DNA from: a virus
Lineage: Duplodnaviria; Caudoviricetes
IMG/VR virus record: IMGVR_UViG_3300021167_000382
Location: 128,001 to 192,000 of that record
Direction: 5' to 3' (one strand)
DNA: 64,000 bases
A program made the position numbers and the translations under genes. Under the pieces are notes generated by a model that was given only the letters and a program-made list of their open reading frames with translations, had not been told where the DNA came from and did no database searches. This document shows, in pieces, positions 30,085 through 39,192 of this stretch; the stretch's first letter is position 1, and each line of letters begins with the position of its first letter.

Positions 30085-30417
30085 GTGAGTTTACTTGAAG
30101 ACATTAATACGCCGGATGATATTGTAAAAGATCCGGATTACTACGAAGTTCTGGAGAGTCACCTTAGTTTCATGAAGACTCACCGCAGCACAAAGACCAT
30201 TTCGATTGGATTGGATCAAGCTGCTATTTATAAAGGAGATTTCTACGGACTACTGAATTCGCTACATGTGGATAAAAAATATCATTATCCTATTATGCGA
30301 GTCAACGGTCTTCTTTCTTCATCTGACTATGACGGTATTTTGTCAGAGATCATTCAGCCAAGCGAAGAAGTGATCAATGACATTACAACGATTTATCTTT
30401 CGGTAGAAGTAAAGTAA
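30085..30417 (+). CDS. Small conserved protein, possibly LysM/gp53-like baseplate component
   Basis: GTG start with AAGGAG RBS; YKGDFYGLL...IMRVNG motif; opposite strand to its neighbours. Confidence 0.55.
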   Translation: MSLLEDINTPDDIVKDPDYYEVLESHLSFMKTHRSTKTISIGLDQAAIYKGDFYGLLNSLHVDKKYHYPIMRVNGLLSSSDYDGILSEIIQPSEEVINDITTIYLSVEVK

Positions 30418-30426
30418 AAAAGAAGA

Positions 30427-30458
30427 CACAGGTGAGGGCAACTGCCCTCACCTGTGTT
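30427..30458. terminator. Bidirectional hairpin terminator
   Basis: ACACAGGTGAGGGCA/TGCCCTCACCTGTGT between convergent genes. Confidence 0.8.
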
Positions 30459-30465
30459 ATGTTAG

Positions 30466-31890
30466 TTAAACGCCTTGGATACCAGGCATGATAGGCCGCC
30501 CGTAGGCATCGTACTGCATTTGCTGATTCATCATTGGCTGCATCATGGTCTGCTGCATACCTACCGGTCTGCCCCATGGATCAACTGGCATACCCATATT
30601 AGGATACATACCAGGCATCATGTTCGGTGCCATACCGACCATGGCTGCCATAGACGGCGAGTTCATCATTGCCGCTTGCTGCGCCATCTGGTACATCTGC
30701 TGCTGTTGCTGCGTTATAGGTGAACTAAATGCTTGAGGCATGGCTGTCATCGGACTAGATTGAACCAAGCTATCGAAGCTAACCTTCCCATCGGCATTAT
30801 GCTTAACAGGCACAGGAGCCTGCATCTGGCCAGGTCCGTAGCCAGGATACTGAGGCTGTAGCGGTTGAACCGCGTCGCCGTAGATGGGTGTAGTTTGGGT
30901 AGATTGGACCGGATGCCGGCGTTCAACGAATTGCTGTTCCTGCACAGGTGCTGGTACAGGTGCCGGGTTCAATGCAGTGGCAGTCACCATCGGTACACTT
31001 TGCTTCACAGGTGCAGGTTTGGTATCAGGTTCTCCTTCATTGCCGCGTTGGGAAGGGATCATCATAATCTCCTTCTTATAGCTGTCCAAGTTATCAAACT
31101 CATCGACCCATTCCAGGTTAAAGTCGATCACGTTTTCGTTGTTGATGAACTTTCCATAGAGCGACCAGAGTTCATTCAGACGACCAGCGATATTAATCGA
31201 TGTCCGTAGTAGACAATCCAGCCATGGACAATCCGTGCTATCGCTGTAACTGTTATAGGCTTCGCCATCCGCCTGACCAGGGAAAATGAAGTCCAGAAGC
31301 TGAACCACTTTCTTCCAATCTTTCTCCTTGAACTTCTGGAAGCCAGCTGGAACATCTGTTGAAGCTGGAAACGAGACCACGCCGACACGCGCATGGCGTT
31401 CACCTTGGAAAGTGCCGCTCTTCTTGGTGTAGATATTCACAAAGAGCGCATCCGGCGTTTCAGCGAAGGCAGCAGTGGATGCAGCCATGAACTTTCCACG
31501 AAAGACTTCATCGACTTCGCCTACTGACTTGATCAGTTCCCGCTGCTGCGGATTCATCTTGGCATGAAGCGCTGGCGTACTAAGGATCTCCATCAAACCG
31601 TCCAACATAGACAAGGTCGAAAGATTCAGACGGACATTCACCACACGACGCAGTTTGCGAACCACATCGGACTCGCCTCGATTGATGAACTCCTGTAGCG
31701 GGTGGAAAATGATTTCCTTAGTGGAGTCAAAGTTCTTCAACGAAGCGTCATACGGGAATTTCAACAACTTCCCATCGATATCTGCCGGAAACTCTCGGCC
31801 ATTCAGTGAAACAAACATATTACCGTCATCGGCAACGGTGAAGCCTGCGAAATCCAGGATGTTCTTATAGAGAGTGTGAAGCTTGTTCAA
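30466..31890 (-). CDS. Core protein (phiKZ gp70-like) with Q/M/P-rich disordered C-tail
   Basis: FHPLQEFINRGES motif, synteny; C-terminal ~180 aa of low complexity. Confidence 0.6.
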   Translation of the reverse strand: MNKLHTLYKNILDFAGFTVADDGNMFVSLNGREFPADIDGKLLKFPYDASLKNFDSTKEIIFHPLQEFINRGESDVVRKLRRVVNVRLNLSTLSMLDGLMEILSTPALHAKMNPQQRELIKSVGEVDEVFRGKFMAASTAAFAETPDALFVNIYTKKSGTFQGERHARVGVVSFPASTDVPAGFQKFKEKDWKKVVQLLDFIFPGQADGEAYNSYSDSTDCPWLDCLLRTSINIAGRLNELWSLYGKFINNENVIDFNLEWVDEFDNLDSYKKEIMMIPSQRGNEGEPDTKPAPVKQSVPMVTATALNPAPVPAPVQEQQFVERRHPVQSTQTTPIYGDAVQPLQPQYPGYGPGQMQAPVPVKHNADGKVSFDSLVQSSPMTAMPQAFSSPITQQQQQMYQMAQQAAMMNSPSMAAMVGMAPNMMPGMYPNMGMPVDPWGRPVGMQQTMMQPMMNQQMQYDAYGRPIMPGIQGV

Positions 31891-31901
31891 GATCCTGCTC
31901 C

Positions 31902-33371
31902 TTAAACGGTTTGAATAAAGTTGCTCATCACGGGCTTATTGATCCCGACATAGTTCAGGATTTCTTCGACACCGGTGATTAAGCTGTTATAATTAGTCCG
32001 ATCGACAGTCATCGTAGACTGAAGCAAACTATCTGCAAAGCTGGGATACGCGAACGGAATACCAGGTCGTCCATCGATAGAGACCGTTACATGCGTCTCG
32101 TTGTAAATATCCGCACTCACTGTGATAGCGACAGGGATCAGATTGTTAGCTGTCAGATCAGGCATCACTTCAGTCGCAAAACGTGAGGTGAAGAGCGTGT
32201 AAGCGGAGACCGGATCAGACGTACTGAAGGAGATCCCAGGTGCGGTCATCTCAACGCTGATCTGGTTACCGATAGTGATGTTTGTTGCGAAGAAATGCGC
32301 TGTAACCAAACCGGACGCCTGCATCAGTGATGCGGTTGAATTGGCAACCATGTAGGCAATCTGAGTTTGCTTATCCGCAGCACCCCAGTCAGACGTCATA
32401 CCTACCGAGTGAACCATCGCATTACTTTCCAGAGGACTGTAGTAGACTCGCTGCTGCATGGTCGGATCGATCCGTGCCAGCTCTTCCAACGTGAACCAAG
32501 CGGACGCAGAGATACCGTTATTTTGAAGTTGTGACAATGCGGCGATGAATGCATTATCCATAGGGCTCTTTTCATGGAGCTTCTGAATAGCGCGATCGTA
32601 GACATTTTCATTACCTTGTCCAAAGTCAACTAGTGTTTCCGCTTCCCGCCAGGTATTGATCAGTCCGGACATCATAGTGCACGGAATGGCGTTGTTACGA
32701 TTATTGCTGAAGGTCTTATCAACCAAACCAATACGCGTATCAGTCAACGGCATCGATGTATCGCTAATGCCTTGACTGAGATAGCTGGACTGCACCCCGA
32801 TGAACAAATCTTCAGGACGAATACCATACAGCTGCGAGGCATTGTTAGCGCCGTACATACCGTTCAGTACCTGCCTGGATTCCAAAACGCGATCAATGTA
32901 ACCACCGACGGGATTCGTCGGATCAGTCATCCGCGATACCCGAGTATAGCTGTTAATAAAGAAGACGAGCTTCGGATTGATGTTGTTGCCATGACTCACG
33001 TCGAAGTATTCCGAATACCCCTGAAGATAACAGAGTTCTTCAGCAAAACCAGTTTGAATCGACACTGTCATGGTGAAACGGAAGCGGCGTTCATTCCAGC
33101 CGTTTACGATACCGGTAGGTTGGTCAGGCGTGGCTGAAACGGTGATCAGTCCATCAGACATACCAGAAACCAGATCATTATCGATGCGACCAACTGAGTT
33201 ACGATGAATAGTTCCTTCAATCCGACGTGATAGCGATTCAAGCGCATCATGACGAATGATGGCTTCGTAAGGACGGTGGAACTGCTGATTAAATGTTCCC
33301 GTTTCCTGCAACCGAAGTTCAACAATATTGATCTTGGTGCTACGAGAGTACATGTTATTAAACAAAGTCAT
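31902..33371 (-). CDS. picA: PicA/Imp1-like phage-nucleus import protein (phiKZ gp69-like)
   Basis: ETGTF.QQF.RPY and I.NGW.E.RFRF...YLQGYSEY motifs; position between gp68-like and gp70-like genes. Confidence 0.65.
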   Translation of the reverse strand: MTLFNNMYSRSTKINIVELRLQETGTFNQQFHRPYEAIIRHDALESLSRRIEGTIHRNSVGRIDNDLVSGMSDGLITVSATPDQPTGIVNGWNERRFRFTMTVSIQTGFAEELCYLQGYSEYFDVSHGNNINPKLVFFINSYTRVSRMTDPTNPVGGYIDRVLESRQVLNGMYGANNASQLYGIRPEDLFIGVQSSYLSQGISDTSMPLTDTRIGLVDKTFSNNRNNAIPCTMMSGLINTWREAETLVDFGQGNENVYDRAIQKLHEKSPMDNAFIAALSQLQNNGISASAWFTLEELARIDPTMQQRVYYSPLESNAMVHSVGMTSDWGAADKQTQIAYMVANSTASLMQASGLVTAHFFATNITIGNQISVEMTAPGISFSTSDPVSAYTLFTSRFATEVMPDLTANNLIPVAITVSADIYNETHVTVSIDGRPGIPFAYPSFADSLLQSTMTVDRTNYNSLITGVEEILNYVGINKPVMSNFIQTV

Positions 33372-33409
33372 TCCCCTTGAATAAGTGTGAACCTAAAAAT
33401 ACAGAAACC

Positions 33410-34975
33410 TTAAACCGCTTGGATCTGGTTTGATGAGATACTGCGTTGTGCGTGCCGTTCTTCGATTGAAATGATCAACCGAGCAAGGATATTCTTGATA
33501 TCCGAAAACACCGTAATCTTGCGGCGGATTTCCCCAAAGACTTGCTGTAGACGATCTTCGGAAGCCGTTGCTCGATAGGCGTGGAAAGTGAGATAGTCAA
33601 CCATGTGGTCGATAGACAGTACGACAGGGTGTGGTTGAATGATCTCATCACCTTTCCGAATAGTTGACCATTCATACGGGTAATAGACTTTCAACTGGTC
33701 AATCAAACTCTGATCGATCTGTTCCCTGCTCGAGATATTACCGACTGTTACTTCTTCCACATCGACGATCGCGTGTGCTGTAATGATCAAAGCGAGATAG
33801 TGATATCCCCATTTCCATAGCACCGCTTCCAATGCACCGAGTAAGTTGATGATATGCTGCTGTGAGACATAGTGCAGCGCATGAGGGGTGATCTGATCTT
33901 TAATCATTTCACCGGCTAGAACAGTCTGTGCATCCGTGATCAGCGTACCTTTCAAGGATTGAGCCGTCTGTATCGAAAACTGTATCTCTTCTTCCGTCAG
34001 CGTTGGCTCAAGACGCTGCGCGATACCGACCACATCACTCAGTGCATACTCGAGCTCAGCGATCTCACCCAAACTAAGTTCCGTTCGTTTCCGATAGGTC
34101 TCCAGAATGGAATGCTTCCCTGAGTCAGCACCGCCAGCGTCATCACGAAGATTCTCTTTCTTGAGCATCACGTCCGATTCAGGCTGGTTGAAGGTCTTCT
34201 GCGCCATGAACTTGAAGATCGTGGCCACCAGCTGAGTCTTATTGTCGATGCCACGCAGGTCACCCAGACAAAGCCGTTTCACACAGACGAGCGACAGAAA
34301 GAGAAAACCCATGTCCTCGCTAGAGAAACTATCCAGGATCTTTCCATAGTCGATGTCGTCTGAGTTGACAGCCGCGTCAATATAGACACGAAGGCGATTC
34401 ATCGCGACACATTCCAGGATACCCGTACCGTTCAGGAGCTGCATCGCAATAAACTCTTTACGATTCATCTCACTGTTCTTCCGGATGGATTCGATATACT
34501 GACCCCAGATCGGTAACACTGTACGAAGAAACATTGACAGCGTTAACAAAGGAAAGTAGTCCATCCGTGTGTAAGTCTTTTCCTTAGTGAACATATTCTC
34601 GCTTGGATCAGGCGGAAGTTCCTTAACTGAATCCGGTACGCAGATCGTTGGATTGGAAGCCAGCCAGAATTCCAAATTATCCAACGGATGAAGCTGAAGG
34701 AGACGACGAATGCAGTTGTTCAGAATGGTGTAAACAACTTTGGTATCGTCAATGATATCGAAAGCTGCATCAGCATCCTTATAGACTTCGAAGATTTCGT
34801 CTTGACGCTGCATCGGGAGTCCGGCCCAATACGCATTGATCTGCTCGAAGACATCGAAGCCACTGCCACAGAGTGACTTACGGGTGAAGACATTGGCAAG
34901 GAAGATAAGCTTGTGGCCTGCGTGTTCCACGACTACTTCCAGCTTTTGCTTCAAATCATTGGGATATATTTTCAA
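33410..34975 (-). CDS. nvRNAP fifth, sigma-like promoter-specificity subunit (phiKZ gp68-like)
   Basis: 521 aa; FEQINAYW, KTYTRMDY, LPIWGQY motifs; synteny. Confidence 0.7.
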   Translation of the reverse strand: MKIYPNDLKQKLEVVVEHAGHKLIFLANVFTRKSLCGSGFDVFEQINAYWAGLPMQRQDEIFEVYKDADAAFDIIDDTKVVYTILNNCIRRLLQLHPLDNLEFWLASNPTICVPDSVKELPPDPSENMFTKEKTYTRMDYFPLLTLSMFLRTVLPIWGQYIESIRKNSEMNRKEFIAMQLLNGTGILECVAMNRLRVYIDAAVNSDDIDYGKILDSFSSEDMGFLFLSLVCVKRLCLGDLRGIDNKTQLVATIFKFMAQKTFNQPESDVMLKKENLRDDAGGADSGKHSILETYRKRTELSLGEIAELEYALSDVVGIAQRLEPTLTEEEIQFSIQTAQSLKGTLITDAQTVLAGEMIKDQITPHALHYVSQQHIINLLGALEAVLWKWGYHYLALIITAHAIVDVEEVTVGNISSREQIDQSLIDQLKVYYPYEWSTIRKGDEIIQPHPVVLSIDHMVDYLTFHAYRATASEDRLQQVFGEIRRKITVFSDIKNILARLIISIEERHAQRSISSNQIQAV

Positions 34976-35019
34976 GACTTTCTCCTTATTTTAGAAATGC
35001 TAGGCGATCCTAGGTCAAG

Positions 35020-35033
35020 TAAGATATATATGA
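35020..35033 (-). promoter_or_regulatory. Early promoter motif (TCATATATATCTTA)
   Basis: Consensus match upstream of the gp68-like gene. Confidence 0.65.
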
Positions 35034-35042
35034 CCAAACAAC

Positions 35043-35077
35043 ACTCAGACACAGGCCGAGGGAGCCTGTGTCTGAGT
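35043..35077 (-). terminator. Hairpin terminator
   Basis: ACTCAGACACAGGC/GCCTGTGTCTGAGT stem. Confidence 0.7.
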
Positions 35078-35087
35078 CATGTATTCG

Positions 35088-35768
35088 TTAAAACGAGATA
35101 TCCGTGCTGACGTCGAACCCCGGTGCACCTGGGGCATCGATTCCTTTCCCACCCTTACGCTTGCTGGGGTCAGGTTGCCAAGCCGGTTTAAGACGTGCTG
35201 TCCAGCGATCCATCGCACGACGCACACTTTCAATCAATGCCAGCGCATTACGCTTAGACATGTCTTCCTGAGAAACCTGGGACCCATCGCCATGTTTGAA
35301 CACGTGCCAGATCGAAGGAAGGATCTTGAATGCAATATTCAAAGCATCCTTCTGCTGGATACCAAGCCAAACGATGCCTTCTTCCGTCTTGCCGAAAACA
35401 AGGGAGTTCTTCGGGACCTTGTTCACGGTGTCACGATTAGTCTTGCGATCCATCTGAACAGTCGGGTCCGGTTGAAGATTTACGATCTCACGTTTCTGAG
35501 GACCGTTCGCTAGCACGACTTCCTTGAATTCATTCAGGAACTGTTCAAAGATAACAGGCGCCATCCCTGCAACCAGTACCGCAGGACCACTTTCTGCATT
35601 GGTGAAAACGGTGATACGCGGTGCACCGTTACGTTCACCAAACGTGAGACGACTACGGAAGCCAGGCCGATTCGGGGTATCGACCCACAATGTGTATTGT
35701 TCGAGGTCGTGGAGCTTTGCCTCTTGTTGAGGACGGCTGAATACTTCAGCGATATTCGGGTCAGTCAC
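35088..35768 (-). CDS. Core protein (phiKZ gp67-like), possible ssDNA-binding protein
   Basis: NGAPRITVFTN motif; Gly/Lys linker and acidic-aromatic C-terminus (DVSTDISF) reminiscent of SSB tails; synteny. Confidence 0.5.
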   Translation of the reverse strand: MTDPNIAEVFSRPQQEAKLHDLEQYTLWVDTPNRPGFRSRLTFGERNGAPRITVFTNAESGPAVLVAGMAPVIFEQFLNEFKEVVLANGPQKREIVNLQPDPTVQMDRKTNRDTVNKVPKNSLVFGKTEEGIVWLGIQQKDALNIAFKILPSIWHVFKHGDGSQVSQEDMSKRNALALIESVRRAMDRWTARLKPAWQPDPSKRKGGKGIDAPGAPGFDVSTDISF

Positions 35769-36040
35769 GATTTACTCCTTAAAGGGTGGTTTTGTTGTTT
35801 CATTTGCTTGACACTCTATTGAAAGGGAAGAAGTTTTTCTTCTGTGGGTAAATTTAATTATATTCTTCTGATGAGGTGAACTAGGGAAGATTCTCTGATA
35901 CCTAAATACATATATTTATATATATGTATATATAGTAGATAAAATCCTGTGATGTGTGGCGTGATGTTTTGATTATTCAGGATAAAAAGGAACAGGAGTT
36001 TATCTTTTGTTAGTAGTACCGTATTAACCAAGACACCATG

Positions 36041-36072
36041 ACACAGACAGAGGCAGATGCCTCTGTCTGTGT
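36041..36072 (-). terminator. Hairpin terminator
   Basis: ACACAGACAGAGGCA/TGCCTCTGTCTGTGT stem. Confidence 0.7.
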
Positions 36073-36079
36073 TTGATCG

Positions 36080-36958
36080 TTAGTTGTAGCTACGAAGCAT
36101 GGCGGCGACAGCGGGGTCAAGGATCGATATCTGAAGATCCAAGTTGATTTTCTCCATTCCCGTAAGCGGCGTCCAGTTCTTTCGTTTAGAAACCTCATAG
36201 ACTTGGTTCCGTACGTTCATTGGACCAGGTTTGATTTCAGTCTTATCACCAAACACGAAGAGAAGCTTTCGGCAGAAAGGAAGATGGCTGAGATCGTGTT
36301 CACCGAGTGGATGGTACTTGGATGACCAGGCATACCGAGGTTTCAGTACGCCAGTGTTTGATTCCAGTAGATCAATCTGCTTGAACTTCCCATAGTGGAT
36401 CAGGTCATACGGGTGATGTGTTATCACTAGAGCACGTTCATAACTCGCAGCCTCCAGTGAGTCTTTAAACTTCAGGATTGAATCCGTGAAGGTGTCGAGT
36501 GCATTCAGACACTTGACTTCTTGTGCATGAAAGAACTTTTGATTGTCTGTATTCGCTTCACGTAATTTCACGCCTACCAAACGACCACTACTGACCATAG
36601 AACGTAGGTCACTATGATCTGCACGATAGAATTTCGCTACACAGCCCTGACCTTCAGAGTCGAAGAGACCTTGAATAACGCCGATCTCCTCGATCAGAGT
36701 AGCGATCAGGTCATTCACACTGGCCGTGTTGAAGAGATTCTTGTCCAACGCACCAACCATATTACGGTAGAGTGTCTGAAGGTTGATATAGCAGGTATCG
36801 TAATCTGCCGGATTAACTTTATTCGGAACCTTTCGATCGGGGTCAAAAGGCTTCTGCATCGGTTCGAATATAGATTCTAGGGCAAGCGATGTCCCGATGG
36901 ATAGCGGAAAAGCACTGACCATCCGTTCTGCAAGAGAAATACCACTAAGAAAGTCCAC
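36080..36958 (-). CDS. Conserved phiKZ-like core protein (gp66-like by synteny)
   Basis: PLSIGTSLALES, INLQTLYRN, LLESNTG, LFVFGD motifs; 292 aa. Confidence 0.55.
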   Translation of the reverse strand: MDFLSGISLAERMVSAFPLSIGTSLALESIFEPMQKPFDPDRKVPNKVNPADYDTCYINLQTLYRNMVGALDKNLFNTASVNDLIATLIEEIGVIQGLFDSEGQGCVAKFYRADHSDLRSMVSSGRLVGVKLREANTDNQKFFHAQEVKCLNALDTFTDSILKFKDSLEAASYERALVITHHPYDLIHYGKFKQIDLLESNTGVLKPRYAWSSKYHPLGEHDLSHLPFCRKLLFVFGDKTEIKPGPMNVRNQVYEVSKRKNWTPLTGMEKINLDLQISILDPAVAAMLRSYN

Positions 36959-36973
36959 TTAAGACTCCTTCAC

Positions 36974-37234
36974 TTAAATACGAGGAACAAGACCAACAAG
37001 CTTAAGCAAGTGATCGTACCATTCCCCTGTATGGAGATTAATCCAGGAAGCCAGGTCATCCCAACTACTAGGACGAGGGTGACTTTGTGCACAGTCACAG
37101 GAAGAATCGTAATAGATTTCTCCACGACTAACGATATAGCCAACTGGCGCATCACAGACTCCACACCGATGGTGAGGTATCCAGGTGATGTCCTTAGCTA
37201 GAACGGATAGCTTAACTTCTTCCGCTGTTACCAT
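36974..37234 (-). CDS. Small Cys-rich hypothetical protein
   Basis: HHRCGVC...CDC; 86 aa. Confidence 0.6.
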   Translation of the reverse strand: MVTAEEVKLSVLAKDITWIPHHRCGVCDAPVGYIVSRGEIYYDSSCDCAQSHPRPSSWDDLASWINLHTGEWYDHLLKLVGLVPRI

Positions 37235-37252
37235 ACTACCACCTACTGTTAA

Positions 37253-38533
37253 TTAGTCATCGTAGCTTCGTAGACTGAGTTCCGCGTTGATGGATTCCTT
37301 CAGCGAACCAGGAAAGTCAGATTCACTAGTTGACATGGTGTCCCTAGCAACAAGAAGCTGAGGTATCGATAGTTCGGATAGTGTTAGCCACTTTCCGGAT
37401 ACATTTCCATCCTTCATGTGTTTGAAATGAAACTCCCAGTGCCCGTTCTCATGGCGGAAATAGAAGTCATGATCAAAATACGGTACCGAGTCAGTACCAG
37501 TGGATGGTGGTTGTTGTGTAGCCGGAATGACACAGACCTCAGCTGCCTCTAGGAAAAACGGATCTTGTTTCGACATCAGTCGTTTATCACAATTGATCTT
37601 TGTTAGTTTCCGCATAGCGTGGTCAAGTACACGTTGGATATCGATGTCCTTGGCTTGAACCATGTAACTGACAGCTGCAAAGAGATCGCCAATTTCAACT
37701 TCAAGATTATCAATCTCGATGGCGTATTCATTGACCTCACCGAAACGATCGATCTTACACAAGCTCTTAATCACCTCAGAGCACTCTTCAGTGAGTAATG
37801 TGCGACGTTCTTCTTTTGCTTTTTCGATGCAGAAAGGAATTCTAGGCATGAACGTGGTAAATTCCCCAGGCTTCCAGTTATACTGTTGTAAATAGTGACC
37901 CTGGTTTCGGCTTTCCTGAACAACTATTAATGCCCTATGTGTAATTTCAACATCTGCTGATCCTGACCTAAAAGGTTCCAATGCGGCTAGAACTTGAGTT
38001 AGAATATCCTCAGGAATCTCTGTTAAAATAGCCCAATCGCTACTATTCAAGCGATAGAGCCATCCTGGCGTTGAAAAGTCAATTTCTACTCGACCTTCTT
38101 GAAGATAGATCGTGATCCCATTTTCGATCGTTTCGATGGTTCCGGGTTTCTTTTGTTGTTTCATGATTTCTCCCTTTTCAAAGTTATGAATCTCACCTGA
38201 GTTATGAATAGATAATTTTTCTATCTCCGTCCAATCACCGGTTGAAGATAAATGAAATCGTTTCCAAAGAATTCGTTTCAGTTCCTTATCGAATTCCAAC
38301 AGAATGTGTTTGTCAGTATCGAGCTTATCGGACTGAATATTTTCAGCGATTGCCAGGGAAAAACTTTGAATGGAAAATGAGTCAAAAGTTTCGACAGGTA
38401 TAAACCCATCGCCTTCTATAAGCTGAACACCCCATCCAGTTACACCGTTGTAGATAGTAACATAGCTATGTTCGCTGAGATATAGCTTGGTCGCCAGCTT
38501 AGCGTTTTCCGTATTTTCAATAGCATCAGGCAT
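37253..38533 (-). CDS. Multidomain protein with MazG-like NTP pyrophosphatase domain
   Basis: LLTEECSEVIKSLCK...LEVEIGDLFAAV (EExxE...ExxD signature). Confidence 0.7.
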   Translation of the reverse strand: MPDAIENTENAKLATKLYLSEHSYVTIYNGVTGWGVQLIEGDGFIPVETFDSFSIQSFSLAIAENIQSDKLDTDKHILLEFDKELKRILWKRFHLSSTGDWTEIEKLSIHNSGEIHNFEKGEIMKQQKKPGTIETIENGITIYLQEGRVEIDFSTPGWLYRLNSSDWAILTEIPEDILTQVLAALEPFRSGSADVEITHRALIVVQESRNQGHYLQQYNWKPGEFTTFMPRIPFCIEKAKEERRTLLTEECSEVIKSLCKIDRFGEVNEYAIEIDNLEVEIGDLFAAVSYMVQAKDIDIQRVLDHAMRKLTKINCDKRLMSKQDPFFLEAAEVCVIPATQQPPSTGTDSVPYFDHDFYFRHENGHWEFHFKHMKDGNVSGKWLTLSELSIPQLLVARDTMSTSESDFPGSLKESINAELSLRSYDD

Positions 38534-38582
38534 AATGACTACTCCTTAGATAGGTTTAACATATAAATACTGCTAGCTCAAT

Positions 38583-38596
38583 TAAAATATACATGA
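38583..38596 (-). promoter_or_regulatory. Early promoter motif (TCATGTATATTTTA)
   Basis: Consensus match upstream of the MazG-domain gene. Confidence 0.65.
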
Positions 38597-38600
38597 CCAT

Positions 38601-38638
38601 AGTGAGTCTAGAGAGGGACGTCCCTCTCTAGACTCACT
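38601..38638. repeat. Perfect 38-bp palindrome with no spacer
   Basis: AGTGAGTCTAGAGAGGGAC|GTCCCTCTCTAGACTCACT. Confidence 0.9.
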
Positions 38639-38652
38639 GGAGATAGAGCTAT

Positions 38653-39156
38653 TTAGCCAATCCACTTTTTATAAATACTTTCATTTGCTATTTTCAGAGG
38701 AACAGCTTGACAGGCGTCTTCAATATAAACTCCGAGATGCGCGCCGTTTTTAACAAGCCCAGAGAGTTCTTTTACTTTGAACCATCCTGACCTATCGAAC
38801 TTCTTAGGCTCCAAAACCTTAATCATCTCGCCGCTGTATGGGTAGGTATAGAAGAGCATGTTCGCATTGAAAGTGGGATCGTATTTTTCAAAGACTAATG
38901 CTAACTTATCTTTATCCAAATCCAACCCAATCTCTTCCTTGGTTTCACGAATAAGACATTCCTCAGCAGTTTCTCCGTGATCCAAAACGCCACCCGGCGT
39001 AATCCAACGACGATTCGGTGTTCCTTGGCCAGATGCATTCTTTCCATTTCTAAGCATCATGAAAAACTTGTCTTTGTTGATTAAGAGCAGACGCGTAACT
39101 GTAAGAGGTGTTTTCATCATCAATGTCTTCAAATTGGTTAAGTGATCTTCATACAT
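38653..39156 (-). CDS. Nudix hydrolase
   Basis: Nudix box GGVLDHGETAEECLIRETKEEIG. Confidence 0.92.
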   Translation of the reverse strand: MYEDHLTNLKTLMMKTPLTVTRLLLINKDKFFMMLRNGKNASGQGTPNRRWITPGGVLDHGETAEECLIRETKEEIGLDLDKDKLALVFEKYDPTFNANMLFYTYPYSGEMIKVLEPKKFDRSGWFKVKELSGLVKNGAHLGVYIEDACQAVPLKIANESIYKKWIG

Positions 39157-39162
39157 ATAACA

Positions 39163-39192
39163 AGCCTAGAGAGGGACATCCCTCTCTAGGCT
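39163..39192. repeat. Hairpin nearly identical to the core of the 38601-38638 palindrome
   Basis: AGCCTAGAGAGGGACATCCCTCTCTAGGCT. Confidence 0.8.
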
